DNA of 51,986 nucleotides from the NCBI RefSeq assembly GCF_001194135.2, contig NC_068981.1, forward strand, positions 141,274,017 through 141,326,002, read 5' to 3'. Source of the stretch: Octopus bimaculoides. Taxonomy: Eukaryota. A program made the position numbers and the translations under genes. Below the pieces are notes generated by a model, which saw only the letters and a program-made list of their open reading frames with translations, ran no database searches and was not told the origin of the DNA. This document shows, one piece after another, positions 24,024 through 37,799 of this stretch; position 1 is the first letter of the stretch; each line of letters begins with the position of its first letter.

Positions 24024-24703
24024 TAAAGCAAATTTAGAATCAATAGGATATATAATACTACTTACTAAAACCAGTGCCAAGGCTCCAAAACCATCACAAA
24101 CGCCCAATAAAGATATACACGAGCAATGCAATGAACATATTAGAAGTAGGCTTATCTTTATATTGAATACATCAGTAGGTAACGCGAATCTCAATACCAA
24201 TTGATTTCACCTTCCGTATGACTAACATACTCTAAGATCTTCAGTTGAAGATAACATTAAAACATGTATTTCTAAAATATTCTCTATATTAGCTCGTGTG
24301 TGTTCCTTACTTTAAACGTCTCGTTCCGTTAAAAAGAAAACTATCGTGAGCAAGAATAAATTTTAAATTTTAAATAAAAATGTATTATTACCGTTATTAA
24401 TCGTATTAATACAGCAATAATAAGGTGGCCAACAATTCACACCATTACATGCGTAATATAAGGCAAATTTAGAATCAGTAGGGTATATAAAACCACTTGC
24501 TAAAATCAGAGCCAAGGCTCCAAATCCACCATAAATTCACAATAAAGATGCACACGAGCAATGCAATGAACATATTAGAAATATGCTTACCTTTCCGTTG
24601 AATAATCACTAAGTAATGTATATTTCAATACGAATTGATTTCACCCTCTGTATAATCAACATAAGCTGGGATCTTCAGTTGAAAATAACATTTTAAGGTC
24701 TAT
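24024..24703. repeat. Diverged local tandem duplication (two ~245-bp copies, 435-bp period)
   Basis: 24024-24269 and 24459-24703 share blocks such as GCAAATTTAGAATCA, GCCAAGGCTCCAAA, CACGAGCAATGCAATGAACATATTAGAA, AATTGATTTCACC and GATCTTCAGTTGAA. Confidence 0.9.
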
Positions 24704-24713
24704 ATGTTTGTTT

Positions 24714-24788
<75 letters not shown>

Positions 24789-25421
24789 ATGAATGTGTGT
24801 GTATATATATATGTGTGTGTCTGCGCGCGTGTAATTGCGTGTGTGCATACACATACTCGTTTAGTATTGACTGTCAGGAGAATAATCGTGCAATACGATA
24901 AAACACATTAATAACATTTTAATTTTAGTGGAATCAATCTATTCACAGTGTCATCGAGCGAGACATAAGTTGCTAGATGTCCATGTAAATGCACATGCAG
25001 AATACCAGAGTAGCTGGGTAACATTTTACTGACTGCAGCTAAATAAAACTATGCAAATATACATGCGTATGTTAGTACACATATGTGTATATACGCGTGT
25101 TTCTGACAGAATGCATTTACGTACAGTTATCTGTTATATACGGATGAATTGATTACCCGAGAATGAGCAATAATTCAAATACTCGTACAGAAGAGTTTAT
25201 GACATAGGCTACTTCAACCGCATTCATTTTGAATATTCTGAAATATGACAATATATATTTACTTCACAAAAACCATATATCACTATACTAGAATAGTTTA
25301 TAAGCTTGGCATAATGAAGAATTAATCGCACAAACATACAGCTACGAGCACATATATATCTGCATATATATGTTTATATATCTATCTATAGATATAAATA
25401 TAAATATATAGATATAGATAG

Positions 25422-25464
<43 letters not shown>

Positions 25465-25643
25465 CACACGCATACACACACACATATGTAGGTAGGTATA
25501 TATATATATATGTATGTATGTATGTATGTTTGTATGAATATATGTTTATGTGTATACGTATATAGATGTTTGTGCATCCGGAGGTTTTAGTCTCTGTGTA
25601 TTCATATATGTGCGTATATATACATACATACACACACATATAA

Positions 25644-25675
<32 letters not shown>

Positions 25676-27175
25676 TTATATGCATGTATATGCGTATATA
25701 TATGCATACCTATATGCATGTACATATATATATATGAATATATGAATGAATATACACATAGTTACATAAGCACACAATATATCAATGCATATGTATATGT
25801 CTATCAATATGTGAATGTATACGTATGAACTTAGGGAAATGTATTTAAATTTAGTCGGATAACATTATTACTTATAGAATACTGTCTCCGATTCTATTTT
25901 TAATCTAAGTTTTTAAAGTATTTTTGCTTTAAATTTGACACACTATTTGTGTTTTATTTTAAAATTCTACAACGTTGGCCTGTTCTAAATGAAGCACTGT
26001 TTTCGTTTCTTTGTTTTATTCTCTTGTATTTTATTTTGCATTTCCATATGAGTAACCATATCTATGTTTTCTGCAAACGAAGAAAGACAGTAGATGACGC
26101 ATGTATTTCGTGATAGTGAGTTCTAAGGTGTCATTCAGAATAAAATGCACTGCAAATAAAAATTATTTGCTCATTTCTATGATGCAGTAACGTTAACTTA
26201 AACTTTTTGATTTGTAAACCTTTTTTTGCTTTTGGTCAGTGATATATAGTCAAATGTATGTTGAAGTACTTTCCAATTTTGGCCACTTGGTGTCTTTTGT
26301 GAATTAGTAATTTCATTTTCGGATCTGATCTTCATTATTTAAAACTGGTTGGACGAGATATTTGGACGAGGTCCCCAGCAGTTTAGCAAATGATTAGGGG
26401 ATATCTCAGTAACACTATTTTAATTTATTTTTAACATTACATAGGAACTACAGAATTTATTTTCAATGCATACTCACATTTATAAAGAATTAGAGCAGTA
26501 CCATATTTTAAAGGTTAATATATAGTTAATACATTTTATACGTCACGAACATTCAATTTCACCTAATAGATATTGACTTCAGACTATATATTCTAAATGT
26601 TAATTTCATGACTTTTTATCATGTCATTTATTAAATACTTAGATATATTCTAGGGGGTGTTTGCCTTTTAATAATCAACATATTAGAAAATTTGTAAAGA
26701 AGTAACTTGTCCTGTTTTATGAGCTTCTGAATGAAACACAAATGCAGGGTGAGTAAGCTATGAGTGTATATACGTTTCCGATTTCAAATCTACTCATAGT
26801 CTAATATGCTTTCGCTTATTTCAGTTTGACAAAGTATATGCTAATAGTTTCATCTCAATTCATTATCTCCAACTTCTTGTAAATATATGACGTTATCAAA
26901 TATATTTAATTATTACTGTATGGTAATATATATGTTCCAATTTGATTCCGCTTGGCTCCTATAATGCTTCCTCAGCGAGGTCTTATCTTCTCATTTGCTA
27001 AGTTGTACATAACTACAGACAATATCTATATATTACAAACATCTCTGCATTTAATTTTTTCGACGTCTAACAACATATAAACTGACTGCATGTTTTCACA
27101 AAATCTTTACTTCTGAGAAATGCAATCACCTGCAATTTTCTTCCGTCTCTCGCTTATTATTCTACATATGCTTAC

Positions 27176-27226
27176 CTACAGCTATTCAAACTATTTCTCT
27201 CAACAGTTTCACCAGAGTTAGAGGGT
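27176..27226 (-). other. Candidate 51-nt internal exon (PSNSGETVERNSLNSC)
   Basis: Acceptor CATTTGTAG and donor AG|GTAAGC. Only the phase 2-phase 2 frame is open. No homology was recognised. Confidence 0.15.
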
Positions 27227-27675
27227 CTACAAATGTATTGGCATTGTTTCAACGTACGCATAATCAATTTGAGCAAAATTATCCATCATAAAGTATTGTT
27301 GACACACAAATAGTAGGGCTCTAATATTTTGCATTTTAAAATAGGGATTAAAAAAAATATGCTTTGCACTAAATATTTGTTTCTAAGAGACACAAGGCCT
27401 GAAATTTAAAAGATAGGATTAATATGAAGAGGAATTAGAAACATTCGTTATGCATTTAACCAGTCATTTTGAGCGGAGATGTATAAAGAAATTCTTCCAT
27501 CCAGTACATGATTGAAACTCGTTTTCCGATTTAAGAAGAATACATGATAAATCCAAAAACGACGGGATTTGTATACACAATTAATGCTAAGTAATGTTCA
27601 GTTTCTGTAAATCCTGTGTCGCTGTATTCATGATTAATTGTATGTTTCTTGTATTGTCAGTTTGCAGAAGAAATA

Positions 27676-27842
27676 TTTATTTTTTACTGCCCACAGGGGG
27701 GATAAACATGGAGGGGACTAACAAGGACAGTCAAAGGAATTAAGTCGATTACATCACGCCAGTGTGTAACTGGTACTTATTTAATCGGTCCCGAAAGGAT
27801 GAAAGGAATAGTTGTCCACAGCGGAATTTGAACTCAGAACGT
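27676..27842 (-). mobile_element. Second-family SINE with its 5' head truncated
   Basis: TTACTGCCCACAGGGGG...TTAAGTCGATTACATCACGCCAGTGTGTAACTGGTACTTATTTAATCGG...GAAAGGATGAAAGG...GAATTTGAACTCAGAACG matches 6164-6330. Confidence 0.85.
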
Positions 27843-29068
27843 TTCTTCTGGCTATCCCACTAAGAAAATACTAATATTTTATCTCTCTCTCTCTCTCCCT
27901 CTCTCTCCCTCTCTCTTTCCCTCTCCCTCTATCTCCCTCTCTCTCTCCCTCTCTCTCCCTTTCTCTGNNNNNNNNNNNNNNNNNNNNNNNNNNNNNNNNN
28001 NNNNNCTCTCTCTCCCTCTCTCTCTCTGTATGTATATATATATATAGGTGTAATTATTATCTTTTGGGTTGTTAATGTGTTAATGTTTACAGAATATTAG
28101 AGCACGACGGTTTCAGGGAGATTTCAAACAGATCGAACGAGCACATAGAGGAAAACTAATATAACTATTTCAAATATGGATTAACATATTAAAAGTGTCC
28201 CTCTTTATGAAAAGATGAAATGTATGTTCAATTTATTCCTAATTTCTGAAGAGTGACAATGGTTTGTAATAGTTGCAGGACACTTATTTACGAAGGTTAA
28301 TCAATCATTTCGTGCAATAAAATCGATGACTTGTACCGTCTACATTAAATGCAGAACGGATGAATGCGAAGACTAGGGCTGTGGTTTTAACGCTGTGAAA
28401 CTAAGGTGAAAGGAAATAATTTCAGACTAAATGCAACGATTAGAATTTCTATCATCTGAGGTAATGCTCATTCTCAGACAGCTATTTAGGGGTTAATATA
28501 TTTATTTTAACTATGATTACTTCTTGGCGTTATAAATCCACGTATATTTCCTTTAATTCGGATCCAACCTTCATTATATATCGATGACTGAATATTACAC
28601 ACAACATCTGCTTCTATAAATAAAATTAAGAACATATTTTATCGAATCTGCCTCGGTAACTTTCATAGATATATTCATTTTTTTTCAGTTACTTAGAGTA
28701 GAAAACACAGTTTTCTTGACATAGTCTCAGCATATTCGGCACTCTGGGGAAGAAAAAAATTTTGGTAGATCATAAATATTGTCCCAAGGGTTTAGTGATG
28801 CTATGAAACCGAGTGATAGATTAAGTTTCCCACTCAAAGCAATCATAAACTGTTTCTAGATAACTGGAAAACAAATGTATTTTGGAGAAATTTCAAAATT
28901 TGAAGTGAAAAAAAAAATGTAACATCGTAAACCCCAAACAAATAAAATATTTGCTCCGTAACTCTGTTGTCTTTGCTAATTCAACCATTTTCCATTAATG
29001 TTAGTATTGAAATTATGTTTGCTGATCTTGCAAATTATGTTTGAGAGCATAACGGAAATAGAGACTGC

Positions 29069-29132
<64 letters not shown>

Positions 29133-29200
29133 GTTGTTGTTGTTGTTGTTGTTCTTGTTGTTGATGTTGAAGTTGTTGTTGTTGTTGTTATTATTATTAT
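29069..29200. repeat. Compound (ATT)n-(GTT)n-(ATT)n microsatellite
   Basis: Seen directly. It is the source of the poly-I/poly-V ORF 28998-29270. Confidence 0.95.
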
Positions 29201-30136
29201 GCGGTTGATAATTTTAATTGAAAGCAGAAATATATATCTTTTTGTTCGCTTATTTATATGTGACTTATGACTTTCAGCCGTTTGCTTTCACACGTAATGT
29301 TCATTCTTTCCTTCACTGGCTGTTCAAAAACTTTCGCTCTGCTAATACTAATAATAATGTTGCTGCTAAAGGTCATTACATCATTGTTGTTGCGATGTTA
29401 TAGGTCTTTTTCTTATTGTTTTTGCCAATGTTATATATATTACAATGAATTACTATTGATTTCTTCAGCCAGTGTGCAAATTAGCTATCTCAAAATATGG
29501 AAATTATTTATATCAACCACTACTTCCCAAAGAAAAGCATAAAAATAATGAAATCGACTATAACACGGGTATAAAACCAAAAAAAATCAAGCAAACAAAA
29601 AAAAACGCAAAAAAAAAAACTAAGCAGACGATATAAATATTCCTTATTGTAGGTAAACAAATAACAGAATGTAAATATTTCAAATATTTATGAAACAATA
29701 AATAAGGCTGAGTTACTATCAAGATGGAAGTGGTTCATATGTACATCTGTATATCTATGTATATGTGCTTTTACGTTGTATGCGTTTCCATATACATGTG
29801 AGGATATAAAGACAAGCACATGTATGTGTAAGTAAAGTTCTTCACTTAAGGAATATATATAATACAAAAATGTCACGTCTTGGCCATCTAAGCTAATAGC
29901 TACTTACAGTTACTAGTCACAACCAAAAGTATAAAACAGCCCTAAATTCGGGTGCGACGTACATCTTTCATAGATATGGTTCAGACTATCATCAGATATC
30001 TACTGAACAAAAGCCTTAAGGCTGCTTCATGCGGATGCGCATGACCTTAACATACGGACGCAACAGAAATTCCTTTACCTTACAACCTGACCATCATTAA
30101 CCAAACATTCTGTACGTTATATACATACATATATGT

Positions 30137-30169
<33 letters not shown>

Positions 30170-30765
30170 AATACACACACACGCATATGTATGTATATAT
30201 AAATGTATATATATATATATATATATANNNNNNNNNNNNNNNNNNNNNNNNNNNNNNNNNNNNNNNNNNNNNNNNNNNNNNNNNNNNNNNNNNNNNNNNN
30301 NNNNNNNNNNNNNNNNNNNNNNNNNNNNNNNNNNNNNNNNNNNNNNNNNNNNNNNNNNNNNNNNNNNNNNNNNNNNNNNNNNNNNNNNNNNNNNNNNNNN
30401 NNNNNNNNNNNNNNNNNNNNNNNNNNNNNNNNNNNNNNNNNNNNNNNNNNNNNNNNNNNNNNNNNNNNNNNNNNNNNNNNNNNNNNNNNNNNNNNNNNNN
30501 NNNNNNNNNNNNNNNNNNNNNNNNNNNNNNNNNNNNNNNNNNNNNNNNNNNNNNNNNNNNNNNNNNNNNNNNNNNNNNNNNNNNNNNNNNNNNNNNNNNN
30601 NNNNNNNNNNNNNNNNNNNNNNNNNNNNNNNNNNNNNNNNNNNNNNNNNNNNNNNNNNNNNNNNNNNNNNNNNNNNNNNNNNNNNNNNNNNNNNNNNNNN
30701 NNNNNNNNNNNNNNNNNNNNNNNNNNNNNNNNNNNNNNNNNNNNNNNNNNNNNNNNNNNNNNNNN

Positions 30766-30799
<34 letters not shown>

Positions 30800-31430
30800 C
30801 GCTTCTTTTGGAGGTAGATCAAAAATCCATAACCATGTAGAGAAAATAAGGATGTCTCATATTGTTTTGTATCAAAGTTTCTTCTTCCTGTTTTTGTATA
30901 TAACTAACAACACCCAATTTGCTTACACGATCATTAACTATTATACACTTTTATGTTTAATAATGTATTGAGAGTGACCAACCATCACTTCGTGATAGAA
31001 AATGCCAGTGTCCATTTACTTGAAATTGTAGCCAGAAATTGAACTCCTGAAATAAAATTTAACACGGCATTTCTCATGTGATTAGTTTAGTTTGTCAATC
31101 GTCTTTATCTGTTTTTTCATTATTATTATTATTATTATTTTCACTATATTGTTATGGATTTCAGTATAGTTTCTATCATTAATAAATTATTCTCCCTGGA
31201 CTCTCTGTATTACTAATCACTGATTACAATTTTTTTCCCCCTTTGGTTTTGTAAGAACGTCTGTATGGTGATGTATTGCATTACACATTATTGCAAGTAC
31301 ATAGTGAGCTGGTTGAAGAGTTTCGTAACTTGTATTGTCAATATAATGTTTCAGTCGAGAAGTATACAACATTCACTGATGTAATCAAGAAATACACGAA
31401 ATATACAAAACCACAAATGTTTTAAGTGAC

Positions 31431-31460
<30 letters not shown>

Positions 31461-31468
<8 letters not shown>

Positions 31469-31851
31469 AACATCAATAAGTAGTGTAGAATTAAAAGCAT
31501 AAAGGACAGACGTACAAAAGCCATTGCACACATACAAAAGATTAACACTTGAAAGCAAATCACAAGCATGCACAATATATCCATGTATACGTAAGTATAT
31601 GTATGTATGTATGCATGTATGTATGCATCGAATGTATATGTACATATATGTCTGCGTCCGTGTGTATGTGTCGTTTGTGTGTATGTGTGTGTGCGCGTGT
31701 GTTCCTTTAACCGTATTTCCTTTAATATGTGTATTTTCTGTGATTTATACCTTGAAAAGTTTGCCCTTTTTCTGTGTGCAATGGATTCTGTACTCCTGCT
31801 CTCTATTTGTTTATCCTTTTAAGTTTACGCTGCTTATTGATGTTCGTGTGT
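31461..31851. repeat. Diverged ~110-bp inverted repeat pair
   Basis: The reverse complement of 31461-31565 aligns to 31739-31851, for example TGTGTGCAATGGCTTTTGTAC vs TGTGTGCAATGGATTCTGTAC and CTACTTATTGATGTTCATGTGTG vs CTGCTTATTGATGTTCGTGTGTG. Confidence 0.8.
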
Positions 31852-32325
31852 GGTTCTTTGTCTGTTTCTGTTTGTGTGCGCATGAATTTTACACATGTCG
31901 GTATGTGCAACTGTATGATCAGAGAAGCTTGTTTTCATATTTTTCATAAACAAAATGATAAGAAAACTAATGAAATATTTACTTATACTGTTGCCGTATT
32001 ATATATAAAAAAAATATCTATTCCCTCCTTCTCTTCATAATGTACAAATAAATAAAGCTCTTAACACAGACTCACAGAAAACATTGAAAATAATACTAAA
32101 TATATGAGAACATATTTCAAAAAGCAACGAGAGAAATTAATCTACAAAAATGTTCCGTAGCAGTATTAGGTGAGTTAAATAAGTTGTTTATTTGTTTCTC
32201 AAATTTTGATGTTTTACTGATATGTTACGGCAGTACATAAAAATTGATATTGTGCAGATTCTTACAAACTAACGCATACATCTGTACATGTACGCCACTC
32301 GTATGTGTGCGTGTGTGTGCGTGTG

Positions 32326-32376
<51 letters not shown>

Positions 32377-32378
<2 letters not shown>

Positions 32379-32522
32379 GCATGGCTGTGTGGTAATAAGC
32401 TTGCTTCCCAACCACATGGTTTCTTGTTCAGTTCCACTGCGTGGCACCTTGAGCAGGTGTTTTCTACCAAAGCCTTGTGAGTTGATTTGTTTGACAGAAA
32501 CTGAAAGAAGGCCGTTGTATAT
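32377..32522 (+). mobile_element. CORE-type SINE, 5' half (runs into the gap)
   Basis: AGGCATGGCTGTGTGGTAATAAGCTTGCTTCCCAACCACATGGTTTCTTGTTCAGTTCCACTGCGTGGCACCTTGAGCAGGTGT, that is a tRNA-like head followed by CORE. Confidence 0.9.
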
Positions 32523-33303
32523 NNNNNNNNNNNNNNNNNNNNNNNNNNNNNNNNNNNNNNNNNNNNNNNNNNNNNNNNNNNNNNNNNNNNNNNNNNNNNN
32601 NNNNNNNNNNNNNNNNNNNNNNNNNNNNNNNNNNNNNNNNNNNNNNNNNNNNNNNNNNNNNNNNNNNNNNNNNNNNNNNNNNNNNNNNNNNNNNNNNNNN
32701 NNNNNNNNNNNNNNNNNNNNNNNNNNNNNNNNNNNNNNNNNNNNNNNNNNNNNNNNNNNNNNNNNNNNNNNNNNNNNNNNNNNNNNNNNNNNNNNNNNNN
32801 NNNNNNNNNNNNNNNNNNNNNNNNNNNNNNNNNNNNNNNNNNNNNNNNNNNNNNNNNNNNNNNNNNNNNNNNNNNNNNNNNNNNNNNNNNNNNNNNNNNN
32901 NNNNNNNNNNNNNNNNNNNNNNNNNNNNNNNNNNNNNNNNNNNNNNNNNNNNNNNNNNNNNNNNNNNNNNNNNNNNNNNNNNNNNNNNNNNNNNNNNNNN
33001 NNNNNNNNNNNNNNNNNNNNNNNNNNNNNNNNNNNNNNNNNNNNNNNNNNNNNNNNNNNNNNNNNNNNNNNNNNNNNNNNNNNNNNNNNNNNNNNNNNNN
33101 NNNNNNNNNNNNNNNNNNNNNNNNNNNNNNNNNNNNNNNNNNNNNNNNNNNNNNNNNNNNNNNNNNNNNNNNNNNNNNNNNNNNNNNNNNNNNNNNNNNN
33201 NNNNNNNNNNNNNNNNNNNNNNNNNNNNNNNNNNNNNNNNNNNNNNNNNNNNNNNNNNNNNNNNNNNNNNNNNNNNNNNNNNNNNNNNNNNNNNNNNNNN
33301 NNN

Positions 33304-33370
<67 letters not shown>

Positions 33371-33409
33371 ATCTATGTATACACACACATATATATATAC
33401 ATACGTACA

Positions 33410-33480
33410 TCTATAATAATAAATCCCAAAACGAATTTCTGTGCGTCAGCGTGTCACATTTTGATCCACTCTCTCACTAT
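33410..33480 (+). mobile_element. Possible 5' terminus of a non-autonomous Helitron
   Basis: A|TCTATAATAATAAATCCC... matches the A-TC 5' end style of animal Helitrons. No matching 3' hairpin-CTRR end was found. Confidence 0.3.
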
Positions 33481-33795
33481 TCGATGATACTTCTACTCCT
33501 CTTGCTGGCTGAGAGTGATAGTAGGCATGCAGAGGGTGAGGGCAGTAGTAGATTGAAAGTTCAGATGGTAAAGGGGTGATAGCAATAGTATGAGCTGTTG
33601 TTGTGGTAGAGGTGTGGGGCGACGGTGATGATGATGGTGGTGGTGGTGGTAGTTGAGGCGGTCAAGCATGATGGTGATAGTAAAGGATGGGAAAGACAAT
33701 GGTGAAAGTGATGGAGGGGAAGGCGGCGAAGTCAAAGGTGTTGATGGTGGTGACGTCATAAGTAAGAATGACGTGTGTATGGCAGTTGTGGTGAC

Positions 33796-33855
<60 letters not shown>

Positions 33856-34172
33856 AGAAAAATAGAGAAAGAAAGAGGTTAGACAGACAAACAGTTGTAT
33901 TGAACCCCGAATGAGAAGAAAAAAATGTTGTTTATCGTGAATCTTTGCAATGAGTTCCAAGTCGACAAATTATATTATTGTTTTGACAAAAATTGTTCAT
34001 TGCTTGAAAGATTTTGGTCAAATTTAATAAAATTTAATATGTAGTCAATGCATGAAGTGTCATTATTGAAGTCAAGGCCCAATGAAGTGTCCTTCACAAG
34101 AGGTAGCTTTTAAGCGTGTGTTTGTATATATGTGTGTGTGTGTGTATATATATTGTGTGTATATATATATAT

Positions 34173-34224
<52 letters not shown>

Positions 34225-34225
<1 letters not shown>

Positions 34226-34629
34226 TTATTAATATTTCTAAGTCTCTCTAAAGGAGACTACGGCAGCGGTACTGGAAATTAATAGTTATCGCCAAGCCAA
34301 CATGGCAGTCCCAAAATTAGGACGAAAGCTGCCGTGAATTAGCTCCAANNNNNNNNNNNNNNNNNNNNNNNNNNNNNNNNNNNNNNNNNNNNNNNNNNNN
34401 NNNNNNNNNNNNNNNNNNNNNNNNNNNNNNNNNNNNNNNNNNNNNNNNNNNNNNNNNNNNNNNNNNNNNNNNNNNNNNNNNNNNNNNNNNNNNNNNNNNN
34501 NNNNNNNNNNNNNNNNNNNNNNNNNNNNNNNNNNNNNNNNNNNNNNNNNNNNNNNNNNNNNNNNNNNNNNNNNNNNNNNNNNNNNNNNNNNNNNNNNNNN
34601 NNNNNNNNNNNNNNNNNNNNNNNNNNNNN

Positions 34630-34672
<43 letters not shown>

Positions 34673-34795
34673 TTATTAATATTTCTAAGTCTCTCTAAAG
34701 GAGACTACGGCAGCGGTACTGGAAATTAATAGTTATCGCCAAGCCAACATGGCAGTCCCAAAATTAGGACGAAAGCTGCCGTGAATTAGCTCCAA
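34225..34795. repeat. Identical 124-bp sequence on both sides of an N-gap (probable false gap)
   Basis: 34225-34348 and 34672-34795 are identical, and each is preceded by the same (TA)n(GA)n tract. Confidence 0.85.
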
Positions 34796-34985
34796 CAAGC
34801 CATCGCCTCTAGCTAGCTATGTGACACACGAAACCTGTGTCCTTTATAACCTTCGAACAGAGGAGGTCAGCAGCTTCCCCTTGCTGCTTTGGCATCTGCA
34901 GACTAGACTAGTTTCAGGGTATTGCCCCTTATCAATGCAGAGGAGCCGAGCCCCAGCAGGCGTCGCTACTGACTATCTGTAGGAA
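34672..34985 (+). mobile_element. GC-rich interspersed-repeat fragment, possibly a LINE 5' UTR
   Basis: A GC-rich island (CGGCAGCGG...GGCAGTCCC...GCCTCTAGCTAGCTATG...) resembles a recalled octopus RTE-associated leader. No ORF support. Confidence 0.25.
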
Positions 34986-35186
34986 GGTTATTTATCTAAT
35001 TTCAGTGGAATACATCCACTGGTTTTCAGATGGTTGCAGATGCCAAGCCAGCGGCTCGCCGTGAGTACTTTACTGGGTAAGAGCGCTAAGTAGTCTATTT
35101 TCTCCATGACAAAATACAATGAATGGCATTCTTTCGGATTCGAATTTGCGTCTAGCATATTTGCAATGGTAGCAAGATCTTTTTGC

Positions 35187-35263
<77 letters not shown>

Positions 35264-36868
35264 TGTGTGTGTATATGTGTGTGCGCGGTGATATGTACGT
35301 GTGTGTATTTATATATTTATATGTTCTATATATATATATATATATACACAGCTAAAAGCAATGCCTACCTATAGAGGAACATGGATTCTTTTCTCGGGAG
35401 CTGTGTACCATGATTGAAATAGCACATAATATTTTAAATTATTTATTACGTTATTGCGCCAAAGAACGTTCGTACTGTTAAATAATGTATAATGATCGTT
35501 CACAATATAATCATTTTCATTTGATTGATGATTAGAATGTCGTTATATATGCGGCCGCATTGGCGTTCAAACTTATGATTGCTGCTGGAAATATATTTAA
35601 ATAAATACATAGCTGTTTGCTCAAGAAATGCTTGTTTTCTTTGTATTCCCAGTATATCGATTAACTCGCCCCCAAACAACATGTGTTTGTTCACCTCTCA
35701 TATTTAAACTTCTGGCTCATATGATTCATTTTATCACAGAAACAGCGTTAAAATGCTTTGCTATAGTCTGTCATTATGTATTTGTCTGGAAGATGATTGA
35801 TTATCTTATGTGTATATGTTCATGTAAATAATGTTGTTTATTCATATTTTGCAGTGGGATATATTTTGTATAATCAGTTAGTCGTCTTGCCAAAGATAGT
35901 CTAGCATCAGTATTATATTTCATAGCGTCGACCTTTTCAGTTATTGAGCAACAGAGAAACTTCTAGTGACATACACTTTGTTTACATTTAGAAAATTAAC
36001 GCGTCTGGGAAATTATACAAGTGCAACGGGGAATATTAATTTATTTGGCTGCTATGTAAAAAAAAATATAAATAAAAAGACAGGCACCCCAACATCGATT
36101 TATCATGTTTTTGCCGATCATATGCTGCGCAGTGGAGTAACAATCAAACATAATTATATTTAATGATACCATTTAACGTCAAACAACATGCCAAGTAGAA
36201 ACCTGTCTGTGTTGTAAACAAATTTGAAAATTCCTTTGTGTATTCGCTACATATTTTTCTTCATATTTTAATATTTTACTTTTTCAAAAAGCAGCTTAAA
36301 ATTATTGTCACATAGCCTGGGAATACTAATGCCTACGTTTGTATTCTTTCTTGAAAACCGTACTAGCATGAAAGATACAGAAGACACGGATATCTCGGTT
36401 ACGAATTCAAAATATTTTCAAAGAGTAATTGAGTCTGTTACTTCACTTAATAGGCATTGCACTGAAAGAAGTTAGGCAGAATTTTGTAATGAATCGAAGT
36501 TACATAATTACCATATTCTAAGAAGAAATATTCCATAGTTGAATTGTTATCTTTGACAATTAAACATATTTATATTGCTATGAGTCACAATAAGTATGAA
36601 ACTGCTGTACGCTGAGTGAAAAAAATGTGAACAAAAAGCATTTTCAGTCACCAATTAGTTTTTGATGTTCTATGATATTATGTATTCATCTCCTACGGGT
36701 ACTAACATCACACATAGATAGAAAATATTTGATTGCGTTTAAAATATGAATTCAGTAGTTAATAGTTATCTCTCAGCGCATGCGCAACAAAGTAGTTGTG
36801 TAAGCAGAGAGAAAAAAAGACGTAATAGACTTTCTTCAAGAGGAAACAATGAAATGTGTGTGTGTGTT

Positions 36869-36923
<55 letters not shown>

Positions 36924-37799
36924 GTAAACATATGTGCGTGTGAGTGTGTGTATTTGTGTTTGTTTGAGTGAGTGAGTGAGTGAGTAAGTGAGTGAGTGAG
37001 TGAGTGCGTGTGTGTGTGTGTATTAGTGTGTGTGTGTGTGTGTATGTGTGAGCGAGGCTGGATCCGAACAACTAGGCCATATTCTACTGAATAGTAGGTG
37101 CTTCATTATTTGCAGATATGTCACTCCTAGAAATCGATTAATGTAGTGAAGAAACAAAGAAAACAAAAATAGAAAAAAAGAAATTCATAAAACAGAAGCC
37201 GTTTTCATTAGTGATTCCCACCTGACAAAAACATTCTAGTGCGCCCTTTTACGCTTCAATACGCTTTGAACAAATAGACTGTCGCAAGGAAATAAATAAA
37301 CAAAAGACATCAGCACGATGTCGTATGCTTGCAGTAATCATTTACATCCTAATGTGTTGTGATTGCTATGGAGAAACCAAACAATAAATACCTTACTTAT
37401 TGTAATCACATATCGATAAAAACTCATTTTATTCCGGAGAAAAAGTATTTAATATATACCAGTTCGCATAATTATAGCTTCTGTAAAATTGGAAAAGCCT
37501 GTAATACATAGTGAACAAAACTCGTTGATCATTTACGAAAAAAACGTAAGAGCGCTTGAACATAGCTGAAATAGTTGTATATATACAGCAATAATCCTAC
37601 AAATTATATAGGAAATTTAGACGGTATACAAAACCAACACTATTATCTACCACTGGATTTCTTACGCACACAGAGAAGCACAGGCGCAAAAACATACATA
37701 CATACATACATACATACATACGTACATACGTACATACATACATACAGGCATACATGCATACACACACTGATATGTATATATATATATATATATATTATT

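Noticed and set aside
24018-24200. Hydrophobic 60-aa ORF resembling a transporter segment
   Set aside because: The frame is not preserved in the paralogous copy, and there is no recognisable family motif or suitable splice context.
29960-29996. Minus-strand CTGATGA...GAAA spacing suggestive of a hammerhead
   Set aside because: Stem II only pairs by consuming A9, and no stem III with a UH site exists.
33493-33960. 155-aa His/Pro/Ser-rich minus-strand ORF
   Set aside because: It derives from low-complexity GGT/GAT/(GA)n sequence.
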